Positions 48,969 to 57,366 of a stretch of DNA of 64,000 nt are shown here, in pieces (within the stretch, counting starts at the first letter, position 1; each line of letters starts with the position of its first letter). The translations under genes and the position numbers were made by a program. Source of the stretch: Bacteriovorax sp. (GTDB lineage Bacteria > Bdellovibrionota > Bacteriovoracia > Bacteriovoracales > Bacteriovoracaceae); NCBI GenBank assembly GCA_041662705.1, contig JBAZRY010000003.1:15532-79531 (forward strand), in the 5' to 3' direction. A model generated the notes under the pieces. It ran no database searches and was not told the DNA's origin. It saw only the letters and a program-made list of their open reading frames with translations.

Positions 48969-49832
48969 ATGCGAAACTGGCTTACATTTTTTAGAGAAAG
49001 AACACCACTAGCTAGCTATTTGCTCATTACTTTTGGTCCTGCGCTTTCTGGTTATGCGCTGGCAGACAGTCCCAAATATGTTTCCTTGACCCTGGCCTTT
49101 ACCGGGTTTTTTCTTTTCTTTCTTGTTTTAAGAATGATGGATGAGTACAAGGATTACGATAAAGATGTATTGGCCCATCCAGGAAGACCATTGCCTAGAG
49201 GACTTATCCCTCTGTCTCAGTTTAAAATGGCCATATCACTGGGAATGATTGTACTGATTCTTTTTAATATTCTTTTATTGATATGCGGGTTTAAAATTTC
49301 TTTTTATCTTTACTCGCTGGTGATAATTCATTTGTGGCTAATGTATAAAGAATTCTATATTGCGGAATGGATTAACGCCAGACCAATTCTGTACGCAGTA
49401 ACTCATCAGCTTATTTTAGTTACTCTTTGTTTGTATTGTATTTCAATCTATTACAGATCAGAGTTTACGGGGTTTAAACTCATTGATTTCGCCTATTCTT
49501 ACTCTGTGTTGTTTGCCTTTTTTAGCTATGAAGTTTGCAGAAAACTTGACCCCAAGGCTCACCCTGTGTTGAAGACTTATCTTTCTGTCTATGGAATAGG
49601 TGGAGTTTTGAAAATTGTCTCAACTCTGCTTGTACTCCATGTTTGTATGATAAGATTTCTTTTTCTGAACAATAACAACCAGTATTATTTTTATATTCCT
49701 ATCGCTTTACTTTTTGGATCTTTGGTTGCTTTGAGCGCTCAAAAAATTAAATTTAAAATGGTAGAATTGATGGCCACTTTAAATCTTTTAGTTTTTTTAT
49801 ATTCGGGGATTTTATATGTCATTGCATATTGA
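48969..49832 (+). CDS. UbiA-superfamily integral membrane transferase
   Basis: RMMDEYKDYDKD...HPGRPLPRG aspartate-rich motif; multiple TMs; YEVCRK second motif. Confidence 0.8.
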   Translation: MRNWLTFFRERTPLASYLLITFGPALSGYALADSPKYVSLTLAFTGFFLFFLVLRMMDEYKDYDKDVLAHPGRPLPRGLIPLSQFKMAISLGMIVLILFNILLLICGFKISFYLYSLVIIHLWLMYKEFYIAEWINARPILYAVTHQLILVTLCLYCISIYYRSEFTGFKLIDFAYSYSVLFAFFSYEVCRKLDPKAHPVLKTYLSVYGIGGVLKIVSTLLVLHVCMIRFLFLNNNNQYYFYIPIALLFGSLVALSAQKIKFKMVELMATLNLLVFLYSGILYVIAY

Positions 49833-50841
49833 ACTTTATAGTAAAACTTCGGACAAACAAAAATTTATTCAGGAATTTGCGCAATTTCCGAGTATTCTCT
49901 TTGCTGAAAATCAGAACGTAAAAAAAATTCCCTTGGAGCTTGAAGCACTTTACTTCAAATTGCATGCACTAACCCATGATTTTATCCTGATCAAAGACAG
50001 TGGGAAAACAGTCTTGCGCTCAATGATTTGCCTGACGCCTTTTCAGGGACTGGCCTATTTTGGGCTTTTGGATTTTGATTATAAATCTGCCAATGTGTTG
50101 CCCATTTTAAATGAGTTTAAGGCTTTCATTTTAAGCTGGTGTCAGGGCAATGGTGCTGCAAAAATATATGGACCAATCAATTTTTCTACATGGCTTCCTT
50201 ACAGGCTTTTAAGCTCTGTGGAAGGTGGTCCGATGTTTTCCTTTGAGCCTGACCGTCCTCTTGAATACACAAATTCTCTAAAGCAAGTGGGATTTTCAAC
50301 CAACCAGTTGTTTTCATCCAAGGGTTACGAAGAACTTGATAATATTATTAATCTTTCCAAAAATGACTATGATAAAGCTTTGGGGCTTGGTTATACATTT
50401 GAATTTTTTCCGAAAGAATTAAATCTTGAAGATATGAAAGATCTGCATCGTCTTTCGCTTAAAATTTTTGATGATAATTATCTGGCCACTCCAATTGATT
50501 TTGAAACTTTCCGAACGCTTTATGCAACCCAGTCTAAAAAAGACGACTTCACCCTTTCGCTTTTTATAAAATCAGCTGCAGGGGAGAGAATAGGGTATTT
50601 CATAAATTTTTTAGAACATGACTATTGTGTAATCAAAACAATTGGTATTGATAAGCAGTACAGGGGCAGCGGTCTATCAAATGGCTCTATGTATTTGTCT
50701 CTTAAAAAAGCGGCAGATATGGGGATTCATCGCATGGTTGCGGCCATGGTAAAAGAAGGCGCCCAGAGCGAATCCTATGGCCGAAAAATGAAGCATATGT
50801 GGACTCATTTGTACGAGATCCTTGAACTTAGCGTTTCCTAG
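49816..50841 (+). CDS. YghO-like GNAT-fold acyltransferase
   Basis: YGPINFSTW..YR, EP..P..Y...L...GF, KTIGIDKQYRGSGL acyl-CoA motif A. Confidence 0.65.
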   Translation: MSLHIELYSKTSDKQKFIQEFAQFPSILFAENQNVKKIPLELEALYFKLHALTHDFILIKDSGKTVLRSMICLTPFQGLAYFGLLDFDYKSANVLPILNEFKAFILSWCQGNGAAKIYGPINFSTWLPYRLLSSVEGGPMFSFEPDRPLEYTNSLKQVGFSTNQLFSSKGYEELDNIINLSKNDYDKALGLGYTFEFFPKELNLEDMKDLHRLSLKIFDDNYLATPIDFETFRTLYATQSKKDDFTLSLFIKSAAGERIGYFINFLEHDYCVIKTIGIDKQYRGSGLSNGSMYLSLKKAADMGIHRMVAAMVKEGAQSESYGRKMKHMWTHLYEILELSVS

Positions 50842-50950
50842 CTGATCAAAATGGCAATATAACCTATATTCTTTACACACCTGGTAGCGAGTTTTTCCAA
50901 TCTTGTTACACTTTTAGCTGTTAAAAATTTCTCTGGGAACCAGGAATTCT

Positions 50951-51910
50951 ATGCAAAATATTTCTGTGTATTTAAATCAGAGGGCCTCAAATGGGGCCAA
51001 CGACTGGCAAGAGCAGATTAACAATGCTCTTTTCAGGAGTAATGTCGAGTATCAGATGCCAAAAGATCTCAATGAGCTTTATGGGCAACTCAATCTGGAC
51101 GTTGAAAATAAGGTTGATGCTGTTTTGTCGGTAGGAGGAGATGGCACTGTCAATACTATCATTCAAAGGTTGGCAGGAACGGATATAAGCTTGCTGGTTG
51201 TTCCCGGTGGAACTGCCAATGATTTTGCAAGAGTACTGGGTTCAAATACGAATATTAAACGCATTACTCAGACCATAAGACAGAACGTAAAAAAGAAAAT
51301 CGATCTTATCAGTATAAACGGAAAATTCATGGCAACTAACGGAGGTATTGGATTTGCTGCCGATGTCGCCAGGGAAATAAACGATCTTCGCGCAAGCTTT
51401 CCCCAGTTTAAAAGTTTCATGAAGCTTTCCGGAAAAAGTGTTTATTCATTGTTTCTTGCAAAAAAGTTGCTTAACAAAGAAATTAAGAGCCATAAATTTA
51501 ATATTCATGCTGATAATTTCTCTGAAACAGTTTTTTCTCCTCTCATTTTAATTAATAATCAACCGGCGCTTGGTGGAGACTTTACTGTTGCACCTCGCAC
51601 TTCACATACGGATGGAACTTTTAATGTCACTATATTTAAACACCAAAACAGGCTGGAACTGGTCCAGTGTATTCTGAGAATTTTAAACGGGAATTATCCA
51701 GTTAATGATACAAACCTGATCAGTTTTGAAACGAGCGCCGCCAAAATAGATCTCTTAGACGAGAATGCTATTTCCTTTTTTGGAGATGGTGAAATATTGA
51801 ATCAGGCCCAAAGCTGGAATATTGTCTGCCATCCTGCCTTTCTTTCTGTTTTTTCTCCTAAAGACCAAAAAGATATGGTAAATCTTTGCACTCAAGTCTC
51901 ACTAATGTAA
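50951..51910 (+). CDS. Diacylglycerol/lipid kinase family (DAGK/YegS)
   Basis: N..AS, VGGDGTVN, PGGTANDFAR, DGE. Confidence 0.88.
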   Translation: MQNISVYLNQRASNGANDWQEQINNALFRSNVEYQMPKDLNELYGQLNLDVENKVDAVLSVGGDGTVNTIIQRLAGTDISLLVVPGGTANDFARVLGSNTNIKRITQTIRQNVKKKIDLISINGKFMATNGGIGFAADVAREINDLRASFPQFKSFMKLSGKSVYSLFLAKKLLNKEIKSHKFNIHADNFSETVFSPLILINNQPALGGDFTVAPRTSHTDGTFNVTIFKHQNRLELVQCILRILNGNYPVNDTNLISFETSAAKIDLLDENAISFFGDGEILNQAQSWNIVCHPAFLSVFSPKDQKDMVNLCTQVSLM

Positions 51911-51924
51911 GACGATAAACCATT

Positions 51925-52929
51925 ATGAAAATATTTATCACCGGTGCAACAGGATTTCTTGGAAATTACCTTGTAAACATTCTGAGCTCAGAATTTGAAA
52001 CAATATATGTACTTACTCGTAATGCCGATTTTTCAGGCTTTAACCATTTGGCCAATGTAAAGCTTGTCAAAGGGGATATTACCAGTCTGTCCATTATTGA
52101 AAGCGACATAGAAAAAGAAGAAGTCGTAAGAGAATGCAGCTACGCCATCCATGCTGCCGCTATCTATGATATGAAAGCAAGTCACGCCGAGTGCTATATG
52201 CAAAATGTGCTGGGGACCCAGAACACTCTGCGGCTAATCAAGAAAATGAAAAATTTAAAGGCATTTTATTATATTTCAACCATTGCAGTAGGAGATGACC
52301 AGACATTTTTTCTTGAAGAAGATCATTTTCCATCCAGGAGAAAATTTAATGATTCATACTCAGAAACTAAGTATCATGCAGAAAGATTAGTCAGAGAAGC
52401 AACACTTATTGCTCCGATCAGAATAATCCGTCCGGGGATTATTGTAGGGAACTCTGAGACAGGGGAAATGAACAAAGTCGACGGCCCATACTATTTTATT
52501 GAGGCGATGAAAAAGTACTCCAGACTTTTAAGAGCGATGCCATTCATGCCACTGGCCCATAATCCAAGAACGAAAATCCCGCTTATTCCAGTGGATCATT
52601 GCGCCCATTATATTTCTTTGTTGATTAAAAGGGATGATTATAATTCAAAGGTTAAAACATATCATCTGATCAGTCATGAGATTCCAAGTGTAAAAGAATT
52701 TCTTGAAGACCTCAATCAGGCCTTTGGCATAAAAACAATTTATCTCCCCACAGGAAAGAATCTGGTGAATAATTCCCTATTGAAACTCTTTGGTATTCCC
52801 AAAGAGGTAGTACCATTCATGTTTTCAAGACTCTCTTACGATAAGACCCATACAATAGAAGAAGTTCCTGAGTTGAAAAGCAGTACGTACAGTACTTTTA
52901 AAAAATCGCTCTTTGGGAATTGTTTCTAA
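51925..52929 (+). CDS. Extended SDR, fatty acyl/aldehyde reductase-like (NAD_binding_4)
   Basis: ITGATGFLG, HAAAIYD, YIST, YSETK, RPGIIVGNSETGEMNKVDGPYYF. Confidence 0.75.
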   Translation: MKIFITGATGFLGNYLVNILSSEFETIYVLTRNADFSGFNHLANVKLVKGDITSLSIIESDIEKEEVVRECSYAIHAAAIYDMKASHAECYMQNVLGTQNTLRLIKKMKNLKAFYYISTIAVGDDQTFFLEEDHFPSRRKFNDSYSETKYHAERLVREATLIAPIRIIRPGIIVGNSETGEMNKVDGPYYFIEAMKKYSRLLRAMPFMPLAHNPRTKIPLIPVDHCAHYISLLIKRDDYNSKVKTYHLISHEIPSVKEFLEDLNQAFGIKTIYLPTGKNLVNNSLLKLFGIPKEVVPFMFSRLSYDKTHTIEEVPELKSSTYSTFKKSLFGNCF

Positions 52930-52951
52930 GATCTCAACTAAGAATGAATAT

Positions 52952-55006
52952 ATGAAACACATTCTCTCTTTGGCCTTTGCCCAAGAACAGTATAATTTCG
53001 ACGAAGAGGTGGAATTCTTCGGTGAAAAATATCGTATCACTCAGTACTCCACAAATCTCGATGTAGAGCTGACAGAAAGTATTATTAAAAAATATGACGG
53101 GCGTTGCGATGTTATATGTATTTCTGGTCTTCCTCATAAGATTAAATTCAAAAAAGGATTTTTCATACATCCTGATGCTTATAGAATTAAAGTAGCCGCA
53201 AAATATACACCACTGGTTGACGGGCAGATTATTAAAGACGTCTATATTCCTTATGCCCTGAGATTATTTTATTTAAAGAACAAGAATTTCCTATCCAAGA
53301 AAAAAATTGGATTTTATTCAGCTGCCCTTCAAAAAAGTTTCGTTGAAGTTCTGGAGGAACTGGAGAATACGCTGGTGATGGCCGACCCCTATTTTCTTAC
53401 TAAAATGCCTTTTAATCTTCATAGCAGTAAAGGGCTTGAACAGTATCTTAAGGCACTTGCGCCTGTATTAAGAAGACTAAAAATCAAAAGAAGTAGCGTG
53501 CCCTCATTTTCAGAACAAAACCGTAAAATGAACAGAGCGCTTGATGAATTTCTTTCCTGCGATATTCTTGTAGGAAATGAGGCCAATATTAATTTTCTTA
53601 ATTTGTCTCATTTAAAAGGAAAAACTCTTATCATTGATATTGTTTCTTCCGGTCTGGAAGAGAAATTAATGAATGCCGGATTGAAAGAAGCGCTCATATG
53701 CCTGCCACAGCTTTCTAACTATTCAAAAATTAATTATTCAATTCTCGAAGGAATTGTACAATTAAAAAAGGGAGCAGGCGATCATGTTACTGAAGATGAT
53801 GTCATCAGTCTGGTGGACGAGCTTAAGCTTGCACCAGAAATAAAAACATTTAATATTGATAATAATACGCCTGTAACTTTTTCTTTTGTCATTCATCCCC
53901 TCAGCTCCAGTTATCTATTAAAACATCCTCTCTTTAAATACATGAATAAAAAATATGCCGGGTATTTTGAGAAAGGAATTGAAGAGGTGATGTCGGTGTC
54001 TCCCGGGTTTTACTATGGCAAGATCGAAGGAATTGTCAGTGAAAAAAATGGAAAAAAAGTGGAAGGATTAATTTACGCTGTCACAGAGACTCCCAAAAAA
54101 TTAATGGAGAAAGAAGCTGATGTGATTTACAAAAAAATTCTGAAACTATGTGAGAAAGCACACTCTGCGGGGTCCCGGATTATGGGGCTTGGAGCATATA
54201 CCAAAATTGTTGGAGATGCAGGCGTCACTATTGACAGGTTAAGTCCCATACCGGTTACAACCGGCAATTCACTTTCATCAGCTTCAACCTTATGGGCCGC
54301 CAAACTCGCGGTGGAGAAGCTGGGATTTGTAGAAAAGAAAAATAATAAATTTTGGGGAACGGTAATGATAGTGGGTGCAACCGGGAGTATTGGTGCAGTT
54401 TCTGCAAAGGTTCTTTCGTTTACCTGGAAAAATATAATACTTGTGGCCCCAAGGGCCTATAAATTAATTGAGCTAAAAGAAGAGATACTTAAAATTAACC
54501 CGACGGTGAATATTATTGTTTCCACTGATGCCGATTCTCACTCAAATGAATGTGATCTTATTATCACAACAACCTCAGGGCAAGGTAAGACCGTTCTGGA
54601 TATAATGAAGATAAAACCGGGTTGCGTGGTCTGCGATGTTTCGAGGCCTTTTGATATCAGCGAACAAGAGGCCATAAGAAGACCTGATGTTCTGGTTATT
54701 GCCAGCGGAGAAGTTCAGCTTCCTGGAGAAAAAGTTAATCTTAATATCGACATTGGTCTTGAAGGTAATATTGTCTATGCCTGTCTGGCAGAAACAGCTC
54801 TCTTGGCAATGGAAGGCAAGTTTGAGTCCTTTACCTTGAGCAGAAACATTAATTATGAAAAAGTTATAGAAATAGATAAGCTTGCCAATGAGCATGGAGT
54901 GCGGTTGTCCGCCATCATGGGGCACACGGGATTTATCACTGATGAGGAGTTTAGTCTTTGTCGAGAGCATGCATTAAAACGTTTGAATGGTAAAAGTCAT
55001 GACTAA
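52952..55006 (+). CDS. Two-domain protein: unknown N-terminal domain plus acyl-ACP-reductase-like C-terminal domain
   Basis: FSFVIHP, GLGAYTKIV, VTTGNS, VGATGSIG, DVSRP, YACLAE..LL.MEG...FTLSR; ATG 52952. Confidence 0.7.
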   Translation: MKHILSLAFAQEQYNFDEEVEFFGEKYRITQYSTNLDVELTESIIKKYDGRCDVICISGLPHKIKFKKGFFIHPDAYRIKVAAKYTPLVDGQIIKDVYIPYALRLFYLKNKNFLSKKKIGFYSAALQKSFVEVLEELENTLVMADPYFLTKMPFNLHSSKGLEQYLKALAPVLRRLKIKRSSVPSFSEQNRKMNRALDEFLSCDILVGNEANINFLNLSHLKGKTLIIDIVSSGLEEKLMNAGLKEALICLPQLSNYSKINYSILEGIVQLKKGAGDHVTEDDVISLVDELKLAPEIKTFNIDNNTPVTFSFVIHPLSSSYLLKHPLFKYMNKKYAGYFEKGIEEVMSVSPGFYYGKIEGIVSEKNGKKVEGLIYAVTETPKKLMEKEADVIYKKILKLCEKAHSAGSRIMGLGAYTKIVGDAGVTIDRLSPIPVTTGNSLSSASTLWAAKLAVEKLGFVEKKNNKFWGTVMIVGATGSIGAVSAKVLSFTWKNIILVAPRAYKLIELKEEILKINPTVNIIVSTDADSHSNECDLIITTTSGQGKTVLDIMKIKPGCVVCDVSRPFDISEQEAIRRPDVLVIASGEVQLPGEKVNLNIDIGLEGNIVYACLAETALLAMEGKFESFTLSRNINYEKVIEIDKLANEHGVRLSAIMGHTGFITDEEFSLCREHALKRLNGKSHD

Positions 55007-56087
55007 GAAATATTTTACAGGACTTAATTATACATTAGGCAACGAGGATACCAGTGTTGAAATTGCTTTGGTTTCTCATTATAAGCCAAAAAATATCTTT
55101 GCTGTCTGCGGCAGTGGTGGAAGATCGCTTTCGCTGGCCTCTGAAAATATTGAAGAGCTTACTCTTGCAGATTTATCAAATGAACAAATCTGTCTGGCAA
55201 AACTTCGTGAAGCTACCTATAAACAATTGTCTTATGAGGATTTTTTACGATTCTGGGGATATTTTCCTTTTGGTAATGATCAAAATTCAGAAGCTCGGAA
55301 GGAGTTGTTTAACCGACTCCAGCTTGAAGCAGCTGTTAAGGAAATGTTCTCTCGAATCTTTCAGGAATTAAATTATTCATCACTCCTTTATCTGGGAAAA
55401 TGGGAAAGAACTTTTCTTATTCTGGCAAAAATCAACCGGCGGCTTCTTGGACGTGATTTCGATCGCATTTTAAAGTTTGAAAATTTAGATGAGCAGAGAA
55501 AATATTATCAGGAAAAATTTCCACATAATCGTTGGAAAATGGTTCTATTTCTTTTGGGAAATAAAGCAATATTTAATGCTCTTTTATATAAAGGGGATTT
55601 TATTGAAAAAAATTCAGCTGACACTCATTTTCAGTATTATCACAAGGCCTTCGAAAAATTATTTACCTATGATTTAGCTCAGAAAAGTTTTTTCCTTCAT
55701 CTTTGCTTTTACGGGAAAATTAATTCTTCTGCAGGCAATCCAGTAGAGGCCAGCGCTTTAGTTCATCACAGAATTAACGGCTCAAAGGCAAATTATCACT
55801 ATGTTACTGAGGATCTGATTAAGCATTTGAGCAGCGGTACAAAACGCTATGACTTTCTTTCTTTAAGCGATGTTCCTTCCTATTTTAGGGGAGACCTGGA
55901 AGTTGATTTTATGCAAAAAATCCGGCCTTCTCTCATTCCCGGGGCCATAGTTGTTAATCGCTATTATCTCAGAAAAGCTCATTGTAACCTGGCAGCTTTT
56001 ACGGATATTACCAAAAGGCATAGGGATTTAATCGATGCTGAAAAAGTTCAAATGTACGACATCTGCGTTTATCAATACACGCCTTAA
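54999..56087 (+). CDS. DUF3419 / BtaA-like SAM-dependent transferase
   Basis: NED..VE, CGSGGRSLSL, DLS.EQ..LA.LR, LSDV..Y, G...V.R. Confidence 0.65.
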   Translation: MTKKYFTGLNYTLGNEDTSVEIALVSHYKPKNIFAVCGSGGRSLSLASENIEELTLADLSNEQICLAKLREATYKQLSYEDFLRFWGYFPFGNDQNSEARKELFNRLQLEAAVKEMFSRIFQELNYSSLLYLGKWERTFLILAKINRRLLGRDFDRILKFENLDEQRKYYQEKFPHNRWKMVLFLLGNKAIFNALLYKGDFIEKNSADTHFQYYHKAFEKLFTYDLAQKSFFLHLCFYGKINSSAGNPVEASALVHHRINGSKANYHYVTEDLIKHLSSGTKRYDFLSLSDVPSYFRGDLEVDFMQKIRPSLIPGAIVVNRYYLRKAHCNLAAFTDITKRHRDLIDAEKVQMYDICVYQYTP

Positions 56088-56222
56088 ATCAATTAAACTG
56101 TCTATACTTTAAACACCCTGAGGTGTAGTAATGTAATTAATTCATGTGCATCAAGAATTCTTCTTTTTTAGGATATTATTCCACTTATAGGGCATGAACT
56201 CATTAATGGAAAAGGCGAATTT

Positions 56223-56381
56223 ATGAAAGATTTAATCTTTATTTTCATATTATCTGCGACAGTCGCAACAGCAGGTCTATTAAAGGACGAAAATAATATT
56301 CAGGATACGAAAGGTGTGACAAGTACTCAAAAATACCTCTCTTTCAATAAAACATCAGCTATAAAGCCAGTAATAAATTAG
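56223..56381 (+). CDS. Possible 52-aa exported small protein
   Basis: Not in ORF track; AAAGGCG upstream; MKDLIFIFILSATVATAGLLKDENNIQDTKGVTSTQKYLSFNKTSAIKPVIN; overlaps the 3' end of ynbB. Confidence 0.35.
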   Translation: MKDLIFIFILSATVATAGLLKDENNIQDTKGVTSTQKYLSFNKTSAIKPVIN

Positions 56382-57299
56382 ATAGAAGAAGACCAGATTA
56401 GAGAATATCAAAGAGTCCATTCTGTCTAAAATTCCCCCGTGCCCTGGAATCAAATCCCCCATATCTTTAATTTTTAAATCTCTTTTAATGGCCGAAATAT
56501 TCAGATCGCCAAAGAAGCCGGCAATGGCCAGGAGTCCAGACAGCATCAAAACCTGAATGGTTGTTAATGGTAAAAGATCTCTAAAGAAATACCCAAACAT
56601 GATTGAACCGAGCACCCCGCCTACGAGTCCTGCCCATGTTTTATTAGGAGAAATAAGAGGGGAGATCTTTCGTTTACCGAATAATTTTCCGGAAATAAAT
56701 TGAGACACATCATTGAGCTGAGTAATGAGGATCAAAAAGAAAATCATACCAGGAGCGCCTTCTTTTAAGGCCTCGACATTTGGTAGAGAGGCAATATACG
56801 AAATATGGGATAAGGAAAAAACAGTCAGCATCAGGGCCCAATGAAGCTGGCTGAACGTCTTTATACTCTCTTCACTCAAGTCTTCAAGTATCGATCTAAA
56901 AGGCAAAAGAACGAGCATTCCAACCGGAATAAAGGTGAGGAAAGCAATAAAGTATCTTGAATAGGCAAAATAATATTGAAAGGGAATGGCCACAAAAGCA
57001 ATGAACAAAGTTCTTCTATGACTTTTATTAAAGTTGAGCTTGCTAGTTAGCTCTCTGAGCGAAATGGCGGAAATTATGGCCATTGAAATAAACAAAACTT
57101 CACGTCTGGCACCCACCATGATTATGACGATCAGGAAGATGATCCACCAGGAATTCACTCTTTGTTTAAGGACGGCTAGAAAATCCCGCGGCCAGAAATA
57201 ATCCCACCCATAGAATAGAAGAGTAAAAAACATAATTAATGAGAACGTGGCAATAACGGAAGATTGAGTTTGTTCGCCGATAGAAAGCATAGATTGCAT
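56355..57299 (-). CDS. ynbB: Phosphatidate cytidylyltransferase-like (YnbB type)
   Basis: RVNSWW, NDVSQF..GK.FG, ISPNKTWAG, GDL..SA.KR...KD.G..IPGHGGILDRMDS; ATG 57299 after GAGGA. Confidence 0.85.
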   Translation of the reverse strand: MQSMLSIGEQTQSSVIATFSLIMFFTLLFYGWDYFWPRDFLAVLKQRVNSWWIIFLIVIIMVGARREVLFISMAIISAISLRELTSKLNFNKSHRRTLFIAFVAIPFQYYFAYSRYFIAFLTFIPVGMLVLLPFRSILEDLSEESIKTFSQLHWALMLTVFSLSHISYIASLPNVEALKEGAPGMIFFLILITQLNDVSQFISGKLFGKRKISPLISPNKTWAGLVGGVLGSIMFGYFFRDLLPLTTIQVLMLSGLLAIAGFFGDLNISAIKRDLKIKDMGDLIPGHGGILDRMDSLIFSNLVFFYLIYYWLYS

Positions 57300-57366
57300 T
57301 TTATTCCTCAATATTCTGTTTTATCTGTCGAAGAGTCCTTAAATTCAATTATATACGGAGAACTCA

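Noticed and set aside
47555-52929. oleABCD olefin pathway
   Set aside because: No OleA; the SDR resembles fatty-acyl reductases more than OleD
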